Source: an uncultured archaeon (GTDB lineage: Archaea > Asgardarchaeota > Heimdallarchaeia > Heimdallarchaeales > Kariarchaeaceae). From it: a DNA stretch of 13,732 bases. The DNA lies in NCBI GenBank assembly GCA_964645535.1, contig CAZYCQ010000072.1, positions 1 through 13,732 of the forward strand. The letters are read 5' to 3'. How positions within the stretch are numbered: the first letter of the stretch is position 1; the number at the start of each line of letters is the position of its first letter. Shown here piece after piece: positions 1 to 6,952 of this stretch. Both the position numbers and the translations under genes were made by a program. The notes beneath the pieces are model-generated. The model was given only the letters and a program-made list of their open reading frames with translations. It did not search any database and was not told where the DNA came from.

Positions 1-1086
1 CACCCCTCCTTTCCATCGACCTTGTTCCAAGTCGTAGTTTTCCGGATAGAAGAAGTACCGCATGGAAGTCGAGGGATCGATCACCATCTGGTCAAGGAAT
101 TGGGTCATGGGCAGGAAGATCTTGATGATTTGGTTGGCAATTCCCGAGGGACAGTAGACATACCAGAGGAATTCTCCATCGGCTGAATTGCAAGAGAACT
201 GGGATGCGAACGGGAAATTCTGTGAATGCAGGTACATCTGGAACTTTCTGAGTTCATTTCTGTCCATTGTTCCGGAGAAGGCAAAAATTGAATTGAGATT
301 GAAGAATTCCCTGTTGTAGATTATGGTTTCCTTTGTCAGGTATTTTTCACGTAGCTTGTTCAATCTCCGGGTGATGGTGGCAACATCTTTTTCATAGAGT
401 TTTGCCAGATCCGTTGCTTTGACCTTTGAGTTGATGGACAGCTCGCGTAGGAGGTACAGGTCAAGCCTGTCCCCATTGAACTGGGTTCGTGCATCATTCG
501 GTTCAGGTAGTTTTCCATTGGGTTTGTATTCTGTGTATGACCGTATGAAATCGAAGTTCCACTTGAATTCATCGAAGTTCCATTTGGTGAAATCGTCTTT
601 GGTTTCCAGACGTGTGGGGTGGTCGATTAGGACGGCCGAGTTGCACCATCCGTTGCCTTCAACAAGCTTGAGGAGTTCTTCAAGCCGTCCAGCTTCTTCT
701 GGAGGGACATCGAATTGGGCATAGACTGCTGGTGCTCCTGCTGTTCCTCTTGCTCTGAAATATGTGTAGGGATGATTGTCCAGCATCTTGATGATGCGGT
801 CATAGTTCTGGTATGTCTTGATTTCCCTAAACATTACCTGAACCCTTTTAAGACCAAGAAGACGCGGATCGGGATGACCTACTCTTTCGGAGACCTTTCT
901 CTCTCCAAGGATGGAGTCATTGATTGTCCTGTCCCTTCTCAACAGGTTTTCCTTTTTGAGGTGGTCGATCCATGCCCTGATGGTGTTGGGAGCGACGTCC
1001 ATCTGGTCAGCCAGCTGCTGAAGGGTTGCTCTGGGATTGTTTCTCAGGAGTACGACCAGTTGGAGATGTTTGATCCCAATTCCCAT
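1..1086 (-). CDS. Tandem (duplicated) Lrp/AsnC-type wHTH transcriptional regulator, 3'-partial (runs off window start)
   Basis: Manual translation from ATG at 1086 is open to position 1 (362 codons): MGIGIKHLQLVVLLRNNPRATLQQLADQMDVAPNTIRAWIDHLKKENLL (HTH 1)...DPRLLGL...HPYTYFR...; second HTH DRLDLYLLRELSINSKVKATDLAKLYEKDVATITRRLNKL; ends YFFYPENYDLEQGRWKGGV. Starts 9 nt after the stop of the 153-aa gene. Absent from the ORF track because the stop is outside the window. Confidence 0.88.
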   Translation of the reverse strand, partial: MGIGIKHLQLVVLLRNNPRATLQQLADQMDVAPNTIRAWIDHLKKENLLRRDRTINDSILGERKVSERVGHPDPRLLGLKRVQVMFREIKTYQNYDRIIKMLDNHPYTYFRARGTAGAPAVYAQFDVPPEEAGRLEELLKLVEGNGWCNSAVLIDHPTRLETKDDFTKWNFDEFKWNFDFIRSYTEYKPNGKLPEPNDARTQFNGDRLDLYLLRELSINSKVKATDLAKLYEKDVATITRRLNKLREKYLTKETIIYNREFFNLNSIFAFSGTMDRNELRKFQMYLHSQNFPFASQFSCNSADGEFLWYVYCPSGIANQIIKIFLPMTQFLDQMVIDPSTSMRYFFYPENYDLEQGRWKGGV

Positions 1087-1095
1087 ACAGGTACC

Positions 1096-1557
1096 TCAGT
1101 TGACCCTTACGCCAAATCCGGATGAATCTGAGTTGTCTCCTCCAGGTGGGTCAAAAATCATGTGATCGGAATCGGAGATATTGGGGTCTCCATTGAGGGT
1201 TGCATGAACCGAGGTGGAGTACCAACCCGATTCCGTTGCGGTATTGTAGAAGAAATTGGTTGCAGTGACTTGAGCCATGTTGGTGACGATAAGGACGTAT
1301 CCCACATAGGTTTTGCCCGAAGGCAGGGCGAGATCGACGGTGTAGGTGAGACCATTGAGAGTACCTCCGCCCTGTATTGCGAAGTGAATGATTACCACCA
1401 CATCATTGGGGACACCTCCACCATCCGCATCGGTGTAATATGCATCCATGATGGTGGCAGTGACTGAGCTTGCAGTGGCTGCATTCACGGAGTTTCCATG
1501 CGGAAGGAAGGTCAGTGCCATGATCGTAACTATCAGGACGAATTTCAGTTTTCGCAT
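1096..1557 (-). CDS. Secreted hypothetical protein, beta-rich, with a DxDGG putative Ca-binding loop
   Basis: Signal peptide MRKLKFVLIVTIMALTFLPHGNSVNA; YTDADGGGVPND loop; alternating beta-strand pattern; acidic tail FDPPGGDNSDSSG; TATA-like TTTTAAAT about 28 nt upstream. Confidence 0.8.
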   Translation of the reverse strand: MRKLKFVLIVTIMALTFLPHGNSVNAATASSVTATIMDAYYTDADGGGVPNDVVVIIHFAIQGGGTLNGLTYTVDLALPSGKTYVGYVLIVTNMAQVTATNFFYNTATESGWYSTSVHATLNGDPNISDSDHMIFDPPGGDNSDSSGFGVRVN

Positions 1558-1577
1558 GAATCAGCTCTCTGAAAACG

Positions 1578-1585
1578 ATTTAAAA
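1578..1585 (-). promoter_or_regulatory. Putative TATA box for the secreted protein / tandem-Lrp operon
   Basis: TTTTAAAT on the minus strand begins 28 nt before the ATG at 1557, the spacing expected for a leaderless archaeal transcript. Confidence 0.45.
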
Positions 1586-1720
1586 CTCTTATGCGTGGGT
1601 TGCAAAATAATTCATTAAAATTCAGATAATTTATGGATTATTTGCATTTCCTGCTTGGTCACCCATGTCCAAAATGGCTTGCTTTGAGTTTATTGGCGAA
1701 ATCTCCTGAATGAATGAAGT

Positions 1721-1770
1721 CTGCAAGGTTGTGCAACATTTTGCAATTTTTTACAAGAAAAGTTAATAAA
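1721..1770 (+). promoter_or_regulatory. Four 10-bp-phased TRCAA repeats followed by a BRE/TATA-like element upstream of the subtilisin gene
   Basis: CTGCAAGGTT GTGCAACATT TTGCAATTTT TTACAAGAAA (TRCAA at 1722, 1732, 1742, 1752), then AG-TTAATAAA. Confidence 0.55.
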
Positions 1771-1845
1771 TTTTGCATTTTATGGTCGATCGTTGCGGGT
1801 TCGTTACGGAATTCGCAAAACAACAGAAAAAATCGGAGAATGAAT

Positions 1846-2847
1846 ATGAATCACCGAAAACAATTTAGTCTGTTGGTGAGTTTTCTGATGCTCACCTCAT
1901 TTCTGCCGTTGATCGGAACAGGTGCTTCCGTTGCGGCGGATGCGCAAATCATGGCGGTTTCCGGTCCCGGAACTCCTCAGACAGTTCCTTGGGGCATTTC
2001 CCGGATCAATGCCCAACAGGCAGCTGCACAGGTTGATGAATCCAATGTCATTGTGGCGATCATTGACACTGGTTTGGACATGGATCATGAGGATCTGCAA
2101 GGCAGATTCCTTTGGGGATACAGCTGGTATGAACAGGGTGCCTTCAGTTTCTGGTTCTGGTTGCCCCGTATTGTAAGACAGGAATGCACTCAGGCAAATC
2201 CTGCTCCTTGCAATGATGATCATGGTCATGGTACCCACGTTGCAGGGATCATTGCAGGACAGGACAATTCCGTGGGTGTTGTGGGTGTTGCACCCGATGT
2301 AGGTCTGTATGTGTTCAAGGCATTGGCATCTGATGGATCCGGTTCCTATACTGCCATTTCTGAAGCGATCATCAAGGCTACCGAGGGTCCTGACGGTGTG
2401 GCGGGAACTGCCGATGATGCCGACGTCATTTCAATGTCCTTGGGCGGTTCATCAGGCAACAGCCAATTGCAGGATGCAGTCAACTTTGCTCTGAACAATG
2501 GTGTGGTTGTTGTTGCGGCAACCGGCAATGATGGTGCCTCTTCACCCAGCTATCCTGCTGCATATCCTGGTGTCATCAAGGTCGGTGCAGTCGACAGCAA
2601 TGACAACATTGCTTCATGGTCCAACAGGGGCGAGACAATTCTGGCACCGGGTGTCTCGATCCTGTCCACCATTCCTGGCAGCCAATATGACAGTTGGTCC
2701 GGAACTTCAATGGCAACGCCCCATGTTTCTGGAGTCGCGGCATTGGCTTGGGCGGCTCATCCCACGTATACCAATGATCAGATACGGGCATTGGTCGAGG
2801 GAAGCGCGGATAGCGCCGGTGTGGTCAATGCATTGGCTGTGATTTGA
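1846..2847 (+). CDS. Secreted S8 family (subtilisin-like) serine protease lacking an I9 propeptide
   Basis: Catalytic triad motifs IIDTG, HGTHVAG, GTSMATPHVSG; oxyanion AATGN; mature-type N-terminus QTVPWGISRI. Start placed at ATG 1846 (alternative 1840) because GGAG lies at 1835-1838 and a signal peptide follows directly. Confidence 0.95.
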   Translation: MNHRKQFSLLVSFLMLTSFLPLIGTGASVAADAQIMAVSGPGTPQTVPWGISRINAQQAAAQVDESNVIVAIIDTGLDMDHEDLQGRFLWGYSWYEQGAFSFWFWLPRIVRQECTQANPAPCNDDHGHGTHVAGIIAGQDNSVGVVGVAPDVGLYVFKALASDGSGSYTAISEAIIKATEGPDGVAGTADDADVISMSLGGSSGNSQLQDAVNFALNNGVVVVAATGNDGASSPSYPAAYPGVIKVGAVDSNDNIASWSNRGETILAPGVSILSTIPGSQYDSWSGTSMATPHVSGVAALAWAAHPTYTNDQIRALVEGSADSAGVVNALAVI

Positions 2848-2890
2848 GAGATTTTCAAAGTAATTGTCTACCAATCAACTGAATTATCAT

Positions 2891-3733
2891 TTAGGTATTA
2901 AGCATTGTAAGGAACATGGTAATCCTTTTTTCGAATTCTGGATGTGAAGAGATGTCAGAATGGCCTCGATTGTCCACAAGCCATAATTCGAGGATTCTTG
3001 TATCATTTTTCTTTTCTTGGGCTTGGATCTTTTGGAAATGACGTTCTACAGTGAACATGGTATCTTTTTCTCCATGAAGGATGAATGTGTTGGGTTTCAG
3101 GTTGGTCAGATCATATTTTTGTGGAAACTCACCTAGGTACCTGAGTCTGAAAATAAGTTCAGAGATACCGATTGTAAGGAAGAAGAAAATTGGTGGAATG
3201 CCTGCAAACCTGAGGAAGTCCGCAAATACTCCTGTAAGCTGTGCAGGGGCGGATTCAAGAACCAATGTATCGATGATGTCGGGATGCCGTGTTGCGAGAA
3301 TTGCGGCGGCAGTTGCCCCGAATGAAAGTCCATGCACAACTGGTTTTTCGATGCGTTCCTTCTTGATAAGTTGCAGAAGCCTCTCTGAATAGACCACTCC
3401 ATTTGGGAAAAAGGCGAATCCTGATTTTCCATGACCCGGTCCATCAAGGAAATAGAGGTCATAGCCAAGGTTCCAATAGGGGATGGCACGGCTTACCATT
3501 TGAGAACTGTTTTCGCTCCATCCATGGAGAAGAATGGCGGTTTTTCCATTGGGTTCGGCATTCCTTGCAATCCAGTATGCCCCTATTTTCTTGTCCGATT
3601 TCATGGTTGCATTGAATGGAATTTCATAGTCCTGTTTTCTCCAAAGCAGAACAACATTGTTGTTCAGCACGACAATGCCCAAGACACTTAGGGTCAGATA
3701 GGCTTCCAATAGGTACAGGCCAAGATTAATCAA
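2891..3733 (-). CDS. Membrane-anchored alpha/beta-fold hydrolase (serine aminopeptidase S33 / lipase-like)
   Basis: LLHGW oxyanion motif, DGPGHGKS, nucleophile elbow GLSFG, acid HGEKD, histidine RGHS; N-terminal hydrophobic anchor. Confidence 0.92.
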   Translation of the reverse strand: MINLGLYLLEAYLTLSVLGIVVLNNNVVLLWRKQDYEIPFNATMKSDKKIGAYWIARNAEPNGKTAILLHGWSENSSQMVSRAIPYWNLGYDLYFLDGPGHGKSGFAFFPNGVVYSERLLQLIKKERIEKPVVHGLSFGATAAAILATRHPDIIDTLVLESAPAQLTGVFADFLRFAGIPPIFFFLTIGISELIFRLRYLGEFPQKYDLTNLKPNTFILHGEKDTMFTVERHFQKIQAQEKKNDTRILELWLVDNRGHSDISSHPEFEKRITMFLTMLNT

Positions 3734-3833
3734 GGAGAATCACTTGTGGGGTTTTTGTATGGGTCTAAATATACTTTTGGCAAATTGCATGTTTACATCA
3801 ATTTTCAGGTATTGAAAACGGTAAAATCAGTCT

Positions 3834-4064
3834 ATGGATGATTTGAATGGCAATCTCGTAACAATGAACCCAATATTTCACCAAATTTTTTTATTCCTTG
3901 AAAACTCAACAGATAGCATGGTTTCTAGTATTTTGGTTTGGCTGGCCGTGATTGCCAGATTGGCGCTTTTGGGAATATCGATGATGATTAGGTGGAAATC
4001 AAGAGAAATTATGATTTCCAGGCGATCAATTACATTTTTCTTTTCATATTGTTTCTTTCATTGA
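3834..4064 (+). pseudogene. Probable N-terminal fragment (TM1) of the downstream membrane protein, separated by a frameshift near 3996-3998
   Basis: Encodes TM helix SSILVWLAVIARLALLGISMMIRWK; one extra A in TGG AAA TC fuses it to IKRNYDFQAINY of 3992..5002. True start could be 3834, 3864 or 3918. Confidence 0.55.
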
Positions 4065-5002
4065 ATGCAGTCATAGGAATAATCGTCGGTCTTGTAGATC
4101 CGTCTTTTTTCAAATTCTACGTATTTGATGCAATCGTTGGAATAATCGACGGATATTTGCTTGTCCTATTCATTAAAAGCTATGAATCCTTTTACTTACA
4201 GATCAAGACGATCTTCTCAACATTCCTGGCAACAACATCATTGCTCCTTATCTTGGTCACACTTTTTCCTGACGTTACGAATTTCCTGAATGATCTCACC
4301 AACTCAATATCTTTAATGGTTTTCAATTTGACAATTCCGATCTATTATTTCTATATCTTGGCTGTGGTATTGCAATCCACTCATAAAATCAAGAAACAAT
4401 CTTCACACTACCAACAAAAATACCTGAATATCTTCATGGTTTTTGCCGTAATTGTTTTTGGTTTGGTCACATTGGTGGTCAGCTTAGGATTTGTCCTGTT
4501 TTCCGAAGGAACAGTTCTTCCTCAAACCGATTTTGTCTATGCTTGGATGAACATCCTTCCTGTTCTTTTGTTCTGTATAGCTTTGATGCTTTTCCATGTT
4601 TCCTATTCCAACCATTCCACACCTGCTATTTTTCTTCCCCAAATTGTCGAGAGGTTGCTGATCATTACACCGGAAGGTCTTCCGATCTACGACACAACGA
4701 TTCTTGACAACGATATCAGTGAAGCCTTGCTGTCAGGAGCTATCATTGCGATACGGGCCGTTCTGAATGAAGCTACACAGATCAATGATGAATTGAAATC
4801 CATTACCTTGGGTGAATATGACCTGATCATCAGGGTAAATGAAAAGGCAATGATAGTTGTATTCACAAGACAACCGACTACATATCTCCATCAAATTATT
4901 CCTAAAATTCTGGCGGAAGTCACGGCACTCGATGGTGATCTCTTTTCAGCAGAAAATCAGGAAAAAATAGATGAGATCGTCAAGACACTTCTTTTGATCT
5001 GA
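3992..5002 (+). CDS. Polytopic membrane protein (6 TM here, 7 with the upstream fragment) with C-terminal longin/roadblock-like domain
   Basis: Six hydrophobic segments, then soluble domain VERLLIITPEGLPIY...EALLSGAIIAIRAVLNE...LKSITLGEYDLII...MIVVFT with a beta-beta-alpha-beta-beta-beta-alpha pattern. The GTG at 3992 directly follows an in-frame TAG, so it is a doubtful start. Confidence 0.8.
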   Translation: MEIKRNYDFQAINYIFLFILFLSLNAVIGIIVGLVDPSFFKFYVFDAIVGIIDGYLLVLFIKSYESFYLQIKTIFSTFLATTSLLLILVTLFPDVTNFLNDLTNSISLMVFNLTIPIYYFYILAVVLQSTHKIKKQSSHYQQKYLNIFMVFAVIVFGLVTLVVSLGFVLFSEGTVLPQTDFVYAWMNILPVLLFCIALMLFHVSYSNHSTPAIFLPQIVERLLIITPEGLPIYDTTILDNDISEALLSGAIIAIRAVLNEATQINDELKSITLGEYDLIIRVNEKAMIVVFTRQPTTYLHQIIPKILAEVTALDGDLFSAENQEKIDEIVKTLLLI

Positions 5003-5038
5003 ACTCGGTTCTGGATGTTGGAATTATTTAGTGGCATG

Positions 5039-5047
5039 TTTTTTTTG
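5039..5047 (+). terminator. Oligo-T tract, putative archaeal intrinsic terminator
   Basis: Run of T about 36 nt after the stop at 5002. Confidence 0.35.
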
Positions 5048-5052
5048 CAGTA

Positions 5053-5069
5053 TATTTGGAAACCAAATA
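5053..5069. promoter_or_regulatory. Perfect 7-3-7 palindrome, candidate operator
   Basis: TATTTGG-AAA-CCAAATA, about 20 nt upstream of TATA-like TTAATAA (5091-5097). Confidence 0.45.
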
Positions 5070-5117
5070 CGTTCACAGTTGCAACAATACTTAATAATCG
5101 TATTTTTTCTTTTGAGC

Positions 5118-5230
5118 TGTGGGGTGGTTGGCTCTCGTAACAGCAACCGCGGAACCTCTAAGGGAACCTTAAGTGGGAACCTTGTGGTCCTTGAGTTGCT
5201 GAACCCGGTTGGAGAGTGCACCACCCCACA
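5118..5230 (+). ncRNA. Putative structured RNA / 5' leader of unknown family
   Basis: TGTGGGGTGGT (5118-5128) pairs perfectly with ACCACCCCACA (5220-5230); CTCTC/GAGAG (5132-5136/5212-5216); CAGCAAC/GTTGCTG (5141-5147/5195-5201); three GGAACCT repeats inside. GC-rich island in AT-rich spacer with TATA-like box about 27 nt upstream. Confidence 0.55.
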
Positions 5231-5249
5231 TTTACATTTGTGAATCAGG

Positions 5250-6668
5250 ATGGAGAAACTGGAGATCATTATCCCCTTTGCAATCCCTTTAAATTTACGG
5301 AGAATGTTCTGGATCGGGATACGGTTGAATGGATTGAAAATAAACGGAACAAGATGGAGAAGCCAAGAAAACCGATTTCCACGAATGGCTCCATTCATGA
5401 GGAAGTATTTGGAAATAAATGAATTGACAGATCTTGTTCCGCCCATCCCATATGTGAACGATTCCAAACATGAAAGGAAGGGAAGAACTCCCAGCTCCCC
5501 TCCTTGCAGATCCAGCAACCTCTACCGTGTAATGGTAAGATCAAATGGAATTGGAACGATAGTTGTGGAAACCTTTATTGATTCCAGTAATGAGCACATT
5601 GACCTCAATGATCAGAAGAATGAATTGGTGAAAAAAGCCAGAGATTTTGCTCGATGCGTCCTGAAAGCAATTAAGTCATATTTTTCCTCTTCTTTCCAAC
5701 TAAACGATAATTTGCAATCTTCGATTGAATCAATTTCATTTGGAGAACCCTTTTGCCTGTATTTCAGCAATCTGTTCAATAATGGTGTTTCCTTTTCAAA
5801 GTTGAAGAAATTGGCGGCAGGAGCTTCACTGGAAACAAACAGGGCAGGCACTGACCAGTATTTTGTTTCTTCTTCTACACTTGGTGTCCTATTCAAGTCT
5901 GTCAGGAAGCCTCGAAATTATGTCATTCGTTCGAGGGAAGGAGTGGCTCTTGCCCTTGGAATCAAGTTCTATCTTGATACATATTTCCGGCAGAAGAATT
6001 ATTTGTATGCCTCGGACTTGGATTTCCTCTATCTTGTCCATTTCCTCAATCCGTACATAATGCTGAAACGGCAGAGTCCTGACGGTTTCCTTCCTTCATT
6101 GACCCGAATCTGGTTCAAACGAATCTCATTGAAATTTGCATTGCAAGAAAAATTCAGGAAACATCTTTCTCGTTTTACAACAGGTCATATTAAGTCAAAT
6201 TTGATCCAAATTCAATTGCTGTTTGCTTTGAAAACCCTAGGTCTCTCCTTTACGCCTCCCACCATCCAGAATCTTTCTCCATCCTTTGCCCCGTTGGAAC
6301 CAGAGGAAATTTCTGTGATGCTGGCAATCATCGAGCTTCAGAAAAATCAAGGAACCATCTTTCAGACACATATCTGGAAGTTGATCAAAAGCAAAAGCTT
6401 TCGTAAATTTCTTGTGCAATCCGAAGATATGTTTCACAGCCTGAAAAAGCTTGAGAAGGACAGGAAAAACAACCCTTGGGCATCTTGGGAAAATCTGGGA
6501 AAATTGCTGGACAAGCTTCATGACAAAAACCTGATCAAGAAAACTGAAGTATTTGGTCGTCCGGGACGTGGGAAAATCAAATATTCCTACAACCTGATTG
6601 ATCGCCACTGGAATTTTTCGGAGGAACTGGTTCACCTGATCAGGCTATTTTTTTCTGATGGTTCATAA
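5250..6668 (+). CDS. Hypothetical basic protein with C-terminal winged helix-turn-helix domain
   Basis: 472-aa ORF; C-terminus LEPEEISVMLAIIEL...IFQTHIWKLI...SWENLGKLLDKLHDKNLIKKTEVFGRPGRGKIKYSYNL fits a wHTH recognition helix plus wing; N-terminal ~340 aa not recognised. Confidence 0.75.
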   Translation: MEKLEIIIPFAIPLNLRRMFWIGIRLNGLKINGTRWRSQENRFPRMAPFMRKYLEINELTDLVPPIPYVNDSKHERKGRTPSSPPCRSSNLYRVMVRSNGIGTIVVETFIDSSNEHIDLNDQKNELVKKARDFARCVLKAIKSYFSSSFQLNDNLQSSIESISFGEPFCLYFSNLFNNGVSFSKLKKLAAGASLETNRAGTDQYFVSSSTLGVLFKSVRKPRNYVIRSREGVALALGIKFYLDTYFRQKNYLYASDLDFLYLVHFLNPYIMLKRQSPDGFLPSLTRIWFKRISLKFALQEKFRKHLSRFTTGHIKSNLIQIQLLFALKTLGLSFTPPTIQNLSPSFAPLEPEEISVMLAIIELQKNQGTIFQTHIWKLIKSKSFRKFLVQSEDMFHSLKKLEKDRKNNPWASWENLGKLLDKLHDKNLIKKTEVFGRPGRGKIKYSYNLIDRHWNFSEELVHLIRLFFSDGS

Positions 6669-6820
6669 ACCAATTTTCAGGAGTTTCTAGAGCTGTTTTT
6701 CATGGATAAGGGTAAAAAAATAAAGGCATCAGTCCTTCTTCTCTGCGAATTGCAAATCGATTCTTTGCTATTTCTTTGAAATAAATCACCATGGAATAAT
6801 TTATACTACATTAACATAGC

Positions 6821-6952
6821 ATGATTGCGATATTCCCAATCACAGCAATTCTTCCTGTGCTTCTGGCACAGCTGGCAGCTTTGACCATTGCCTTCTTGGG
6901 CGACGATGACCAAGGAGGACCTCCACAGACAGATCCCTACGGTGGGGGCTAA
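6821..6952 (+). CDS. Unannotated 43-aa peptide: hydrophobic N-terminal helix plus acidic Gly/Pro tail
   Basis: MIAIFPITAILPVLLAQLAALTIAFLGDDDQGGPPQTDPYGGG*; GC content rises at the ATG relative to the AT-rich spacer; TAATTTATA at 6797-6805; its TAA overlaps the TAG of the convergent 578-aa gene. Confidence 0.65.
   Translation: MIAIFPITAILPVLLAQLAALTIAFLGDDDQGGPPQTDPYGGG

Noticed and set aside
360-1125. Track ORFs 360..572, 419..724 and 715..1125 (including the Cys-rich MGIDCWCSCCSSC start)
   Set aside because: Antisense or off-frame shadows of the tandem-Lrp gene at 1..1086 (-).
1714-1845. Longer N-terminus of the subtilisin ORF as a possible propeptide
   Set aside because: It precedes the signal peptide, is AT-rich and overlaps the promoter-like repeats; not coding-like.
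3210-3223. CTGAGGAAGTCC resembling the RNase P RNA conserved core
   Set aside because: Antisense within the hydrolase CDS, with no other RNase P elements.
5151-5183. GGAACCT repeats as CRISPR array or cobalamin riboswitch (GGGAA motifs)
   Set aside because: Repeats and spacers far too short, no cas genes; the other B12-box elements are absent.
5024-5518. ORFs 5024..5518 (-), 5031..5243 (+) and 5216..5422 (+)
   Set aside because: Overlap the 472-aa gene or the structured element and have no protein-like features.
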